DNA of 26,722 nucleotides from Armatimonadota bacterium. GTDB taxonomy: Bacteria > Armatimonadota > UBA5829 > DTLH01. Below the pieces are notes generated by a model. The model was given only the letters and a program-made list of their open reading frames with translations. It had not been told where the DNA came from and made no database searches. The translations under genes were made by a program, and so were the position numbers. Shown in pieces: positions 8,125 through 18,581 of this stretch. Positions within the stretch are counted from its first letter, which is position 1, and each line of letters opens with the position of its first letter. The stretch lies in assembly GCA_038207085.1 (NCBI GenBank), contig JBBRAE010000033.1, forward strand, positions 1 through 26,722, written 5' to 3'.

Positions 8125-9018
8125 ATGATAGAGCACGAGATTCGCATAGGCACGCTTGTTCCCTCCAAAGGGGCGGCGGGCTACATCAGTCAGATCCTGC
8201 CCCACGGGTTTGAGTCGTTTGGACTTAGCTTCTGGGGGAGTCTGGACGGGGTCGACCTGGAGAAGACCGCCATTGAGACCAAAGGGATCCTCGCGGGAAG
8301 CGGCGCTGTGATCAGCAACCTCGGAGCGTTTGGCAACCCGCTTCTTCAGGACGAGGCCGGGGAGCTTGCCCGTGAGCTTATTGAGAAGTGCATCGACGCG
8401 GCGCACCTGTTTGGCTGCGATCTCGTAAGTGGCTTCACGGGGCGGCTGACCGACGTTCCTATCAATGAGAACCTGCCACGGTTCAAAGAGGTCTGGGAGC
8501 CGCTGGTCAAGCGCGCCGCCGACCGTGGCGTGAGAATCGCCTGGGAAAACTGCGACATGGGCGGCGACTGGCAGCGCGGCAGCTGGAATATCGCCCACAA
8601 CCCGACCGCATGGCAGATGATGTTTGACGCGATCCCCGCAGAGAACATTGGACTTCAGTGGGAGCCCTGCCACCAGATGGTGAGTCTGATCGACCCCCTG
8701 CCCCAGCTCAGGAAATGGGTCGGCAAGATGTTCAGCGTCCACGGCAAAGACGCGACGGTCCTCTGGGACGTCGTAAAAGAGCACGGCTGCGACGGCCCAC
8801 ACCAGTTCGCCTTCCACCGCACGCCGGGGTTCGGCGACAGCAACTGGACCGACATCATAACCGAGCTCAGGCGCGGAGGGTTCGTCGGGAGCATCGACAT
8901 CGAAGGCTGGCATGACCCCGTCTACAAGGGCGACCTTGAGATGACCGGACAGGTACATGCTCTAAACTACCTCAAGCAGTGCCGGGGTGGCGCATTCGTG
9001 GCGAACCCGATTCAGTAG
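8125..9018 (+). CDS. Sugar phosphate isomerase/epimerase (xylose-isomerase-like TIM barrel)
   Basis: RIAWENC, VHGKD, TPGFGDSNW and IDIEGWHD metal-binding pattern. Confidence 0.88.
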   Translation: MIEHEIRIGTLVPSKGAAGYISQILPHGFESFGLSFWGSLDGVDLEKTAIETKGILAGSGAVISNLGAFGNPLLQDEAGELARELIEKCIDAAHLFGCDLVSGFTGRLTDVPINENLPRFKEVWEPLVKRAADRGVRIAWENCDMGGDWQRGSWNIAHNPTAWQMMFDAIPAENIGLQWEPCHQMVSLIDPLPQLRKWVGKMFSVHGKDATVLWDVVKEHGCDGPHQFAFHRTPGFGDSNWTDIITELRRGGFVGSIDIEGWHDPVYKGDLEMTGQVHALNYLKQCRGGAFVANPIQ

Positions 9019-9021
9019 TTA

Positions 9022-9058
9022 CCAGCAATCAGCCGTCAGCACTCGAGTGCTGGCGGCT
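9022..9058. terminator. Heptamer-derived hairpin between convergent genes
   Basis: AGCCGTCAGCAC-TCGA-GTGCTGGCGGCT between the isomerase and selB stop codons; no U-tract. Confidence 0.45.
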
Positions 9059-10925
9059 ATCTCAATATTCGCTCATCTCCCGCTCGACGGGTCACGCGTT
9101 TCGCGTCGAAATACTCAAGAAGCGGTACAACGAACTTGCGGCTTGAGCCCGTGAGGTCGCGAAAGGCGCTTACGGTGATCCCCCCACCCCCGGAAAGCGC
9201 CGATCGAAGAAGCGACTCGGCCTGTGCGACGGCGTCGCGGCTTATGAAAAGCCCCTCGTCGAGCTTGACAATCGCCCCCGTGTCGACCAGATACTGGAAG
9301 ACCTGCCCATCCCACCCCTCAGGCGACGGCGGGTTTAGCCCGGCGTCACGATAGGCCTGCTCTATCTGATCTGCCGCCCGTTTCTGCTCGCTTGAGAGGC
9401 TGGGAGCCCAGCCTGCAAACCTCGTGACCGACTCGCTCGACTCCACTCGGCCTAGCCGTTCAATTTCTGCGAGAACCGCAGCGAAGCCCTTGGTGTCGAT
9501 GCTCCGCGCACTTGCGGCACGAAGCTCCTCCTTGGGCATGCCTGCCTTCAAAGAGTGCGCCGCGTGGTAGGACTCAAGGGCGGACGTGACCCGCGACGAG
9601 ATCGATTCAAAAGTAGCCGGATGCATCAGGCGGTCACCGGCGAGTTGGAGTGAACCGATTCGCTGGGCCGCCGCCCGAACATCTCCTTCAGGCTCACCGA
9701 CCCGCGCGGCTAGCTCGCGGAGCGCGACCGGCCCCGGCGCACGGAGCAGCGCGTCTTCGACCAGGTCTGAAAGCTCTCCGCGGCGGCGAGCGTCGAGGGT
9801 TGCGATCAAGCCCGAGTCGCTTTTTCTGTGCCGCACAGCCGAAGGGTCGAGGACCGCGCCGCCGCCGATCGTTCTCACGGGCGAGTAGGAGCGCAGGACG
9901 AACCTGTCGCCGCGAGCGGCAACGATCGGCGTCTCTGAAACAAACTGGATGTAGCCCTCGCCGCCGGGAGTGATCTCAGTGCCACCTATCACGCTCACCC
10001 GCCCGATGTGCTCGGATGTCCCGATGTGCAGGCGCGCGCGTTCGCGGCTTTTCACAGGTCTGGCAGCGCCGGGGAGCACTCGCAAAAGGGCGTCGATTCG
10101 AGCCGAGGGCGCGAGGTATCCGGGGGGAACAAGCACACTTCCGCGCCCGACATCTGAGACCTCTACCCCCACAAGGTTCACTGCGACGCGGCTTCCGGCG
10201 ACTGCCTCCTCGACTATTCCCCCGTGGACCTGAAGCCCCCGCACGCGCGTGTCGATTCCCTCTGGGAGCACCCGCACAGTGTCGCCGACTCGGACCGCCC
10301 CGGAGGCGAGCGTGCCTGTGACGACAGTGCCGAACCCCGTCATCGTAAAGACCCGGTCGACCGGCAGACGGAACGGACCCCCTGGGGTCTTTCCCTCGAC
10401 CGAGCCTGCGAGCTTTGCAAGCTCTGCCTTTAGCGCGTCGACACCTTCGCCCGTCACTCCTGAGACGGGGATGATGGCCGCTCGGGCAAGAAACGTCCCA
10501 TCAAGCGCCCGGCGAACGTCGCTCTCGACCATCTCCAGCCACTCGGGCTCGACCGCGTCACTTTTGGTCAGCGCGACTACCCCATTTTCCGCCTCAAGGA
10601 TCTCCAAAATCTCCAGGTGCTCAAGCGTCTGGGGCATCACGCCCTCGTCGGCTGCAACAACCAGAAGCGCCACATCTACGCCCGTAGCCCCGGCGAGCAT
10701 GTTCTTTAGGAAGCGCTCATGCCCCGGCACATCGACTATTCCGGCGACCTCTCCCCCAGGCAGGCGAAGCGAAGCGAAGCCGAGATCGATAGTCATCCCG
10801 CGCTCTTTTTCTTCTTTTAGCCGATCGGTGTCGACTCCGGTAAGCGCCCGGATGAGCGTGGTCTTGCCGTGATCGACGTGCCCGGCGGTGCCGATGATTG
10901 TGTGGCGAACAGAGTCTTGTGTCAA
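9057..10925 (-). CDS. selB: Selenocysteine-specific translation elongation factor
   Basis: [20 protein letters not shown] and a C-terminal winged-helix ([20 protein letters not shown]). Start reassigned to TTG 10925 (MTQDSVRHT) after a GGGGG RBS. Confidence 0.95.
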   Translation of the reverse strand: MTQDSVRHTIIGTAGHVDHGKTTLIRALTGVDTDRLKEEKERGMTIDLGFASLRLPGGEVAGIVDVPGHERFLKNMLAGATGVDVALLVVAADEGVMPQTLEHLEILEILEAENGVVALTKSDAVEPEWLEMVESDVRRALDGTFLARAAIIPVSGVTGEGVDALKAELAKLAGSVEGKTPGGPFRLPVDRVFTMTGFGTVVTGTLASGAVRVGDTVRVLPEGIDTRVRGLQVHGGIVEEAVAGSRVAVNLVGVEVSDVGRGSVLVPPGYLAPSARIDALLRVLPGAARPVKSRERARLHIGTSEHIGRVSVIGGTEITPGGEGYIQFVSETPIVAARGDRFVLRSYSPVRTIGGGAVLDPSAVRHRKSDSGLIATLDARRRGELSDLVEDALLRAPGPVALRELAARVGEPEGDVRAAAQRIGSLQLAGDRLMHPATFESISSRVTSALESYHAAHSLKAGMPKEELRAASARSIDTKGFAAVLAEIERLGRVESSESVTRFAGWAPSLSSEQKRAADQIEQAYRDAGLNPPSPEGWDGQVFQYLVDTGAIVKLDEGLFISRDAVAQAESLLRSALSGGGGITVSAFRDLTGSSRKFVVPLLEYFDAKRVTRRAGDERILR

Positions 10926-10948
10926 AGCTGACCCCCATTTGCACAAGA

Positions 10949-10977
10949 TTACCACATATCGCCCCTCATGGTATAAT
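10949..10977 (+). promoter_or_regulatory. Promoter for the fluoride riboswitch/crcB
   Basis: TTACCA-N17-TATAAT with a TG extension. Confidence 0.55.
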
Positions 10978-11013
10978 GTACCCGGTCGCGACGCAGATTC
11001 GAACAATCCGCGC

Positions 11014-11070
11014 CACGGTGATGGAGTCCGCCGCATAACCGCCCGGACGGGATGATGACTCCTACGTTGG
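11014..11070 (+). ncRNA. Fluoride riboswitch (crcB motif)
   Basis: GGTGATGGAGTCCGCC...AACCGC...TGATGACTCCTAC matches the crcB-motif consensus and lies directly upstream of crcB. Confidence 0.92.
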
Positions 11071-11096
11071 ATTTTTTACGTCGGAGGTATCGTCTT

Positions 11097-11474
11097 ATGC
11101 TACAGAAAGTGCTGTGGTTATCCCTTGCGGGGGCTTGCGGGACCGTGAGCCGGTTTGCGTGCTGTGAACTCGCCGCAAAGACCAGGCTTGGACACTTGCC
11201 GATCGGGACGTTCTCGGTCAACATCATCGGAAGCTTCCTCTTTGGCCTGGTCTACTCGCTTGCGGAGCGACGGGTTCTGATTAGCCCCGAGACTCGGGTG
11301 ATTTTGCTCGTGGGATTTATGGGGGCGTTTACTACTTTCTCCACCTTCGCATTCGACACCGCCAAGATGCTGCGGGCGTCGCAGTGGGCGCTTGCGTTCG
11401 GCAACGTCTTTGCTCAGACCGCGCTTGGCATCCTCGCGCTCGGCGTGGGAGTAATCGTCGGTCGGCAAGGGTAA
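11097..11474 (+). CDS. crcB: Fluoride efflux channel Fluc/CrcB
   Basis: GACGTVSRF, GTFSVNIIGSF and GFMGAFTTFSTF motifs; ATG 11097 after GGAGG. Confidence 0.95.
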   Translation: MLQKVLWLSLAGACGTVSRFACCELAAKTRLGHLPIGTFSVNIIGSFLFGLVYSLAERRVLISPETRVILLVGFMGAFTTFSTFAFDTAKMLRASQWALAFGNVFAQTALGILALGVGVIVGRQG

Positions 11475-11572
11475 CGTCGTCTAGACCGAAACCCGCCGAC
11501 ATGCTACAATGTATTGTACGCATAGTGCGTTTTTGTCGCGTACGGCAGTAGGGACAGGACTTTCCCCAAAGT

Positions 11573-13378
11573 ATGAAGAAAAACCAGAACAACATTCGCA
11601 ATTTTTGTATAATCGCTCACATCGACCACGGCAAGTCGACACTCGCAGACCGGATCCTTGAGATCACCGGCGCGATAGACCCACGTAAGATGCAGGCGCA
11701 GATGCTTGACCAGATGGATATCGAGCGCGAGCGCGGCATCACCATCAAGATGACAGCCGTGCGACTCGAATACACCGCCAAGAACGGCGAAACCTATGAG
11801 CTGAACCTGATCGACACGCCCGGGCACGTGGACTTCAACTATGAAGTCAGCCGTTCGCTCGCCGCGTGCGAAGGGGCGCTCCTGGTCGTCGACGCGATCC
11901 AGGGGGTCGAAGCCCAGACGCTTGCCAATACCAACCTCGCAATGGCGGCGAACCTGGAGATCGTGCCGGTCATCAACAAGATCGACCTGCCGACCGCCGA
12001 CCCGGACAAGGCCAAAGAGGAGATCGAACAGGTGCTTGCGATAGACGCAGCTGACGCGATCCTCGCGAGCGCCCGCAACGGCATCGGCGTCGAAGACATC
12101 CTTGAGGCAATAGTCCACCGCATCCCGCCGCCTTCAGGGGACCTTGAGGCCCCGCTTCGCGCGCTCATATTCGACTCGCACTTCGATCAGTATCTTGGAG
12201 CGGTCGCATATATCAGAGTGGTCGACGGAGTGATGCGCCCGGGGATGAAGATCCGGATGATGTTTTCGGGCAAGGAATTTGAGGTTACAGGCGTCGGAGT
12301 CTTCAGGCCTCAGATGATCGCGGTTGACGAACTGAAGGCCGGTGAAGTCGGCTACATCACAGCAGGGATGAAAAACGTCGGAGACACCGAAGTCGGCGAC
12401 ACTGTGACCGAGGCCGAAAACTTGGCTACAGAGCCGCTTCCGGGTTATCGCAAGGTCCAACCGATGGTCTTCTGCGGGCTTTACCCGATCGATTCCTCGC
12501 AGTACCCGGAGCTTCGAGATGCGCTTGATAAGCTTGTTTTGAACGACGCCGCGCTTCAGTATGAGCCGGAAAGCTCCGCCGCGCTTGGGTTTGGCTACAG
12601 GTGCGGGTTCCTTGGGCTTCTGCACATGGAGATCATCCAGGAGCGCCTTGAACGCGAGTTCGGGCTTTCGATGATCGCGACGGCGCCGAGCGTCGTTTAC
12701 AGAATTACCAAGACCGACGGCGAGGTGGTTTTGGTCGACAACCCCGCGAACCTGCCTGACCCGGCCTCGACTGAGAAGATGGAGGAGCCCTACGTCAACG
12801 CGACGGTGATCGTCCCATCCGACTACGTCGGCCAGGTGCTCGACCTTGCCCGGGAGCGGCGGGGAATCGTCGACAAGATGGACTACTCCGGCGGCCACGT
12901 GGTTTTGGTGACCTACAAGCTGCCGCTTGCTGAGATTCTGATGGACTTTTTCGACCAGCTTAAGAGCCGCACCAAGGGTTACGCGTCGTTTGACTACGAG
13001 CTCGCGGGCTACAAGGAGTCGAGCCTTTCCAAGCTAGATATTCTCCTGAACGGCAAGCCGGTCGACGCGCTTTCGTTTATCACCCACAAGGACCGGGCCT
13101 ACGGCCGGGGCCGGATGCTCGTTGATAAGCTGCGCACGCTCCTTCCGCGCCAGCAGTTCGAAGTAAGAATCCAGGCCTCGATCGGCGCAAAAGTCATAGC
13201 CGCCGCCTCGATCTCGGCGCTTCGCAAGAACGTAACGGCGAAGTGCTACGGCGGAGACATCACCCGAAAACGCAAGCTGCTTGAAAAGCAGAAAGAGGGA
13301 AAGAAACGCATGAAGTCGATCGGCAGCGTGGAGATTCCTCAGGAAGCGTTTATGAGTGTGCTTAAGCTCGGGGACTAA
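11573..13378 (+). CDS. lepA: Elongation factor 4
   Basis: [21 protein letters not shown]-terminus and [26 protein letters not shown]-terminus. Confidence 0.98.
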   Translation: MKKNQNNIRNFCIIAHIDHGKSTLADRILEITGAIDPRKMQAQMLDQMDIERERGITIKMTAVRLEYTAKNGETYELNLIDTPGHVDFNYEVSRSLAACEGALLVVDAIQGVEAQTLANTNLAMAANLEIVPVINKIDLPTADPDKAKEEIEQVLAIDAADAILASARNGIGVEDILEAIVHRIPPPSGDLEAPLRALIFDSHFDQYLGAVAYIRVVDGVMRPGMKIRMMFSGKEFEVTGVGVFRPQMIAVDELKAGEVGYITAGMKNVGDTEVGDTVTEAENLATEPLPGYRKVQPMVFCGLYPIDSSQYPELRDALDKLVLNDAALQYEPESSAALGFGYRCGFLGLLHMEIIQERLEREFGLSMIATAPSVVYRITKTDGEVVLVDNPANLPDPASTEKMEEPYVNATVIVPSDYVGQVLDLARERRGIVDKMDYSGGHVVLVTYKLPLAEILMDFFDQLKSRTKGYASFDYELAGYKESSLSKLDILLNGKPVDALSFITHKDRAYGRGRMLVDKLRTLLPRQQFEVRIQASIGAKVIAAASISALRKNVTAKCYGGDITRKRKLLEKQKEGKKRMKSIGSVEIPQEAFMSVLKLGD

Positions 13379-13420
13379 AGCTTTTGGCTATCAGTCGTCG
13401 GCTCTCATCTGACGGCTGAT

Positions 13421-13613
13421 GGTTGCATGTATAGTTTGTCGGCAGCGGCCAGCCTTTATGGGGAATGCGGCGCGCGAACGCCGCTTTGTTCTCGGGCGAC
13501 AGCAAGGCGCACAAGCGCTGACTTATCGGCAGTCGGAAGATTTGTGAAAGCGCGGCTTGCACCGCGCACTCCAAAGTCAGCTTGCCTGCTGCCGACAATC
13601 TTTACCTGCACCC
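13421..13613. mobile_element. MITE with terminal inverted repeats and a 9-bp target-site duplication
   Basis: TIRs GGTTGCATGTATAGTTTGTCGGCAGC / GCTGCCGACAATCTTTACCTGCACCC, flanked by ACGGCTGAT at 13412-13420 and 13614-13622. Confidence 0.8.
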
Positions 13614-13637
13614 ACGGCTGATAGCAGTGTTGACACA

Positions 13638-13716
13638 TAGCCCGCTTTATTCGTGAAGCGAATAAAGCTCTTGCTAAGAGAGCATCATTCACGCTTCTCG
13701 TGAATAATGCGGGATA
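13638..13716. repeat. REP doublet (REPIN/BIME-like), copy 1
   Basis: Two hairpins, GCTTTATTCG-TGAAG-CGAATAAAGC and GCATCATTCACG-CTTCT-CGTGAATAATGC; inverted copy at 22556-22636. Confidence 0.8.
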
Positions 13717-13776
13717 GTAGTCTTTGCAGTAGACTGTTGACGCAATCAAACCTACTGTTAAGAAGGGGTGTTGACG

Positions 13777-14955
13777 ATGTCCAAACGCAGTGCAATTGCC
13801 CTCAGTGTTTTGATCACAGCCGCAGCGGCTGTCGCCTTCTGGCTGGCCAAGCCGACCACTACTTCCGCCGACAAACGCCCAAACGTACCTCGCCTGAAGT
13901 CGTATCACGCCAATATGAAGTCAACCATTCATCAGAGTGATGGAACCACAACCATGAAACTGATGGAAGATTGGTACCAGTACCCGGGGAAGAAGCGGTC
14001 GGACATCAGCTCGGACAAGACGATATTGGGCGCGATTGTCAACGGAGACCAGACCGTGACTTACAACACCATTACCGGTTACGCGGTCATCGAACCGGCA
14101 AGTGAGGGTGCTGCTACGCTGGTCGACCGCGAGGCCTCAAAGATGGTCCCCACGTCCGATCTTCCCCAAACCGTGGGCATGCACAGAGTTGCAGGAGAGG
14201 AAAAAATAGCCGGTAGGACATGCGATAAACTCCAGTGGGAGCAGCAAGGCTCAACTTACACGATGTGCTTGGACAAGGAAACCGGATACCCGCTTCGCAT
14301 GACTGGCGTTGGCCCTGGGAAACGGCAGACTGATATGGTGGTCACTTCACTTGATACGGAGCAACCCGTTCCCGACTCAGTGTTCGATGCAGGACAGATC
14401 TGCGGAGTTCGAATCGTCCGCAACCCGATTGCCGATAGTCTGCTCACACAAGCTTTCGTGATAGGCGCGGCACCGTTCGCTCCCCCAAACGGCATGACTT
14501 TCGAGAATCTTCGTCCTGCTTCAGTCACCATCCCGCAACTCACCACTTCGATGAGCACCGCCGGACGCAGACAGATAGGCGACATCTTCGCACCATCCTA
14601 CGTCCCGGTCAGATTCAAACTTGCCGTAGCCGCACCTCGTCCCATTAAGACCGGAACACACAACCGGTCTTCGGTTTCCTATGGCAAACAGTTCAACAGC
14701 ATAGAAATTGACTACGTGGACCCCAAGACTGGCGATGCACTTGTCTTGCTAGAAAGCGCGGGAAAGCCTACGCCTGGTGAGAAACCACTTCAGGCAAATG
14801 GATTCTCAGGCAATGTCACCCGCAGGTCAAGCCCATTTAGCTACACGATACTTACGTGGAAGAAAAGTGGGACTTACGTGCAGCTTGGTGGAGCAAACGT
14901 TGCCGAAGACGAACTGCTCAAAGTGGCCAAGTCGCTGCGAGTGCTTACCAAGTAA
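13777..14955 (+). CDS. Membrane-anchored LolA/RseB-like fold protein with a C-terminal DUF4367-like region
   Basis: N-terminal hydrophobic anchor; EDWYQYPGKKR, GEEKIAGRTC, LDKETGYPLR and PVPDSVF motifs typical of LolA-like proteins; ends EDELLKVAKSL. Confidence 0.7.
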   Translation: MSKRSAIALSVLITAAAAVAFWLAKPTTTSADKRPNVPRLKSYHANMKSTIHQSDGTTTMKLMEDWYQYPGKKRSDISSDKTILGAIVNGDQTVTYNTITGYAVIEPASEGAATLVDREASKMVPTSDLPQTVGMHRVAGEEKIAGRTCDKLQWEQQGSTYTMCLDKETGYPLRMTGVGPGKRQTDMVVTSLDTEQPVPDSVFDAGQICGVRIVRNPIADSLLTQAFVIGAAPFAPPNGMTFENLRPASVTIPQLTTSMSTAGRRQIGDIFAPSYVPVRFKLAVAAPRPIKTGTHNRSSVSYGKQFNSIEIDYVDPKTGDALVLLESAGKPTPGEKPLQANGFSGNVTRRSSPFSYTILTWKKSGTYVQLGGANVAEDELLKVAKSLRVLTK

Positions 14956-14963
14956 AAACGTAT

Positions 14964-14992
14964 GGCCCGGGCTCATTGCCCGGGCCGTTTAT
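14964..14992. terminator. Probable bidirectional terminator
   Basis: GGCCCGGGC-TCATT-GCCCGGGCC between convergent genes, with an A-run before and GTTTAT after. Confidence 0.6.
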
Positions 14993-14999
14993 CGTCGCG

Positions 15000-15413
15000 T
15001 TAGAACGCCGCTCGAATTGGTTCGCGCTGTTCCTGCTTCTTTTCAACATACTCATGCATCCGGGTGAGCTCGTTCTTGAACTGCTCGAAGTCAAGATCGA
15101 TGCCACTGAGGAACGCACTCCAGCCGGTGGTGTCCATCACAAAGCGGAGCGCTTCGGATATCTCTTGATCGCTCGCACCGCTCATCCTGGCCGCCTGGGT
15201 GTGGTAGTAAACGCAGTAATGGCACTTGATCGCCGCGGCGACACCGAGGCCGATCAGGCTCTTGGTCTTCATCCCAAGAACACCATCCTCCATCTCCATC
15301 GCCTTGAACGAGTTCCAGTCATGCTCTATCACACCGTCAGGAAGCGCCTTGAAGAAGCTGGGAACCAAGCCGAGCTTGTCTTCCATATCCCGGTAGATTT
15401 CTTCTCTCGTCAT
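15000..15413 (-). CDS. Carboxymuconolactone decarboxylase/AhpD family protein
   Basis: KTKSLIGLGVAAAIKCHYCVYYHTQAARMSGASDQEI contains the CxxCxxxH motif. The start could be 15413 or 15419. Confidence 0.9.
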   Translation of the reverse strand: MTREEIYRDMEDKLGLVPSFFKALPDGVIEHDWNSFKAMEMEDGVLGMKTKSLIGLGVAAAIKCHYCVYYHTQAARMSGASDQEISEALRFVMDTTGWSAFLSGIDLDFEQFKNELTRMHEYVEKKQEQREPIRAAF

Positions 15414-15500
15414 GATCATCACCCCTGTTCAGTTTTCCCCTCGCGTTGCAGTTATATGAGCGACAGCCGTGAATTCTTCCGACACATGAAAAGTGCCAAT

Positions 15501-15525
15501 GGCGGGCGCGGCGACCCGCCACTAC
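15501..15525 (-). repeat. GTAG-type REP palindrome
   Basis: Minus strand reads GTAG-T-GGCGGG-TCGCCGCG-CCCGCC. Confidence 0.55.
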
Positions 15526-15626
15526 GGGCTAAGACGCGTTCGCCCTGAACTTACGTTGACCTGTGGCCCAGACCTCAGCTATACTGCTCATAAAGAGATT
15601 AATTCACCATACAAGGAGACTACTGG

Positions 15627-17870
15627 ATGAGCGACGGTTGGAAGATCAGGGAGGCCTCTTATTCGGCCGAAACTGCAAAGGCCTACGAAGGGCTGTTTAC
15701 TCAAGGGAGCGGGTACCTGCACGTGCGAGGGTCGATCGAGGAACACTTCAGCGACACCCCACAGAATGTCACCTACACCCGAATGCCCGCAAACGTCACC
15801 TCCGAGAAGTTTCCTGAGACCAAGGCCAAATGGGGCACCTATGTCCCCGGCGTCTACGGCAAGCACCCGCTGCTGAACTGGGAGCTCATCAACCTGCCCT
15901 GGTTCCTTGAGATCGGCCCCACAGTCGCCGGTGAGCGCCTGGATATGGAAAAAAGCCGCATCGAGGGCTACACCCGCGAGCTCGATCTTGCCTCAGGGAC
16001 TCTGCGGCGCTCGTTAGTTTGGCAGACCGAGTCCGGGGAGATCGAGGTCACCTTTGAGCGCTTCGCAAGCGCCGAGCGTAAGCACGTTTTTGTCCAGAGG
16101 GTGACTCTTTCGTCCAAAAGTGCGATTGAGGTTGTGATATCGGGTGGAATCGACTCGGATGTGCGCACCAACGGCTATGACCACTTCACGGCAGTCGAGC
16201 TAAGGGAGTTCGAGGGCTCGGGCGTCGAGTGCTCTGTGACGACCGACGGCGGCGACACCGTGCGCACCGTTTCCCGGTTCACTGCGCCAGATGCGGACTG
16301 GAAGGCGACGATCGAACCTCGTCGGGCGACGCTTTCGTCCTGTTTGCTGATACCTGCGGGCGGCACGCTCACAGTCGAAAAGCGGACGGCTGTTACAACC
16401 AGCCGCGATATCGACCTCGTCGACGCCGGTGACGTGCTTCGTGAAGTGGCTGGGATGAGCTTTGAACAGCTTGCTGATGAGAATCAGCTGGTCTGGGACG
16501 AACGCTGGCGGAACTCCGACGTGCGGATCGACGGCGACCCCGAAGGGCAACTCGCCATGCGGACGTCGCTCTTCCACCTCCACCGCTGCCACGTGCCCGA
16601 CGACGACCGGGTGGCGATCGACGCCAAGGGCTACGCAGGTGACGCCTACTTCGGGCGGTTCTTCTGGGACACGGAGATATATCTGCTCCCGTTTTTCCTC
16701 TACACCGACCCTGACAGGGCGCGCACGCTCGTTGATTTTCGCGTGAGGACGCTCCCCGGAGCAAGAGACAACGCCGCAGACTACGGCTACCCCGGCGCGC
16801 GATTCCCTTGGGAGTCTGACTCCTTTGGGCGCGAAAGCTGTTCGCTTTGGCAGTACCGCGACCACGAAATCCACGTCACGGCAGACGTGGTCTACGGGAT
16901 GGTTCACTACGCCGTCGCGACCCAAACCCCCGGGTTTTTGGTTGGTGACGCCGCCGATGTGATAACCGATACCGCCCGCTACTGGATCGCCCGGATGGAC
17001 CGCAGGCCCGACGAGGAGCATCCAAGCATCCTCGGTGTGATGGGACCCGACGAGTACTCGCCGATCACCAGCAACAACTCCTACACCAACCGCATCGTCT
17101 CGCTGAACCTCGCGATCGCCGCACAGGTCGGTCAGGCGACAGGCGTCGCCGAAGAGGAGTGCGCCGCCTGGGCCGAGGCCGCGCGCGCGCTTCCCGTGCT
17201 GCAGGACGAAAACGGACTCACTATGCAGTGCGAGGAGTGGGAGCACTTCGCAGAGCCCGATTTTGAGAGGTTCTGGCTGGATCGCTCCAAAACATTCGCC
17301 GCGCAGGTGAGCCAGGAGCGGCTCTACCGCACCAAGTGCCTGAAGCAGGGCGACGTGACGATGATGATGGTGCTTTTTCCGCGCGATTTCACCGACGAAG
17401 AAGCAAAAATAGCCTGGGACTACTATCTGCCGTATACGACGCACGACTCGTCGCTTTCGGCGGGCACCCACGCGATCCTCGCCTGTCGCTTGGGTCTTTC
17501 AGAAGAGGCCTGGAAGTTCTGGCGGATGTCCTCGGGGATCGATCTTGATATCAAGCACGGGGCGGTCGCCGAAGGGATCCACATCGCCTCATCGGGGGCG
17601 AACTGGCAGATAGCCGTCAACGGATTCGCCGGGATGGCGAGCGCGATGGAGACGACGACGCTCACTTTCAACCCGAAGCTCCCCGCCGCCTGGACACGCC
17701 TCGCGTTTCCCGTGGTCTGGAACGGCTGCCGGGTGCAGGTGGATTTGAACCACACCGAGCTCACCCTGACCAACTACGGCGAGTGCGAGCTTCCCGTGGT
17801 CGTCGCAGGCAGGGAAGCCACGCTGTTCCCGACCGGCATACTGACGTTTTCGTATAAGAAAGAAGGATAG
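15627..17870 (+). CDS. Glycoside hydrolase family 65 phosphorylase (kojibiose/maltose/trehalose phosphorylase-like)
   Basis: FWDTEIY, GARFPWES, EIHVTADV, VMGPDEY (catalytic Glu), KQGDV and HDSSLS motifs; AAGGAG RBS. Confidence 0.93.
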   Translation: MSDGWKIREASYSAETAKAYEGLFTQGSGYLHVRGSIEEHFSDTPQNVTYTRMPANVTSEKFPETKAKWGTYVPGVYGKHPLLNWELINLPWFLEIGPTVAGERLDMEKSRIEGYTRELDLASGTLRRSLVWQTESGEIEVTFERFASAERKHVFVQRVTLSSKSAIEVVISGGIDSDVRTNGYDHFTAVELREFEGSGVECSVTTDGGDTVRTVSRFTAPDADWKATIEPRRATLSSCLLIPAGGTLTVEKRTAVTTSRDIDLVDAGDVLREVAGMSFEQLADENQLVWDERWRNSDVRIDGDPEGQLAMRTSLFHLHRCHVPDDDRVAIDAKGYAGDAYFGRFFWDTEIYLLPFFLYTDPDRARTLVDFRVRTLPGARDNAADYGYPGARFPWESDSFGRESCSLWQYRDHEIHVTADVVYGMVHYAVATQTPGFLVGDAADVITDTARYWIARMDRRPDEEHPSILGVMGPDEYSPITSNNSYTNRIVSLNLAIAAQVGQATGVAEEECAAWAEAARALPVLQDENGLTMQCEEWEHFAEPDFERFWLDRSKTFAAQVSQERLYRTKCLKQGDVTMMMVLFPRDFTDEEAKIAWDYYLPYTTHDSSLSAGTHAILACRLGLSEEAWKFWRMSSGIDLDIKHGAVAEGIHIASSGANWQIAVNGFAGMASAMETTTLTFNPKLPAAWTRLAFPVVWNGCRVQVDLNHTELTLTNYGECELPVVVAGREATLFPTGILTFSYKKEG

Positions 17871-18518
17871 ATGAAGTCTGCTGTAATATTCGACCTCGAC
17901 GGCGTCTTGGTCACAACCGATGAAATGCACTATCGGGGCTGGAAGAAGCTCGCCGAGGAGGAGGGAATTCCCTTCGACCGCTCGGTGAACAGCCGCCAGC
18001 GGGGAGTGAGCCGTATGGAGAGTCTTGAGGTGATGCTCGAGCGCGCGCCCAAGAGCTACACCACCGAAGAGAAGCTTGAGATGGCGGAGCGCAAGAACAA
18101 CTACTACCGCGAGTTTCTTGCAACGCTCACGCCCGGAAGCGTCCTCCCCGGTGCGCGCGAGATGCTCCTGCGCCTGCGCGAGATGGGGATCAAAACCGCG
18201 ATCGGAAGTTCGAGCAGAAACGCGCCGACGATTATGAAGCAGGTCGGAATCGAGGGCCTGGTCGACGCGGTTGTCGACGGCAACGGCATTAGGGCAAGCA
18301 AGCCGGACCCCGAGGTGTTCTTGCTCGCGGCAGAGGCTGTCGGCTGCACGCCCGAGCAGTGCGTGGTGGTTGAGGACGCGACCGCCGGAGTCGAGGCTGG
18401 ACGCCGGGCTGGAATGGCGGTGTTTGGAATCGGGACCCCTGAGTCGCTTCCGGGGGTTGAGCACCTCGCGGTGAACCTCGCTGGGGTTACTGCTGAGAAT
18501 TTGCTGAAAATTCATTGA
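17871..18518 (+). CDS. pgmB: Beta-phosphoglucomutase
   Basis: HAD motifs FDLDGV, SSSRNA, KPDPEVF and VEDA; abuts the GH65 gene. Confidence 0.9.
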   Translation: MKSAVIFDLDGVLVTTDEMHYRGWKKLAEEEGIPFDRSVNSRQRGVSRMESLEVMLERAPKSYTTEEKLEMAERKNNYYREFLATLTPGSVLPGAREMLLRLREMGIKTAIGSSSRNAPTIMKQVGIEGLVDAVVDGNGIRASKPDPEVFLLAAEAVGCTPEQCVVVEDATAGVEAGRRAGMAVFGIGTPESLPGVEHLAVNLAGVTAENLLKIH

Positions 18519-18567
18519 CACCTGTATCGCTCGCCTGCTATACTCGTGCTATACAAACACACGTTCG
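18515..18567 (+). promoter_or_regulatory. sigma70 promoter plus LexA-like SOS box
   Basis: TTGACA-N18-TATACT, then CAAACACACGTTCG at 18554-18567, one mismatch to CGAAC-N4-GTTCG. Confidence 0.6.
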
Positions 18568-18581
18568 ATGGAGGGATAGAG

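Noticed and set aside
10926..11096. N-terminal extensions of selB and crcB given by the ORF track (likewise lpdA, purA and the SagB-like gene)
   Set aside because: They overlap promoter, riboswitch or repeat sequence; downstream starts have better RBSs and match family N-termini.
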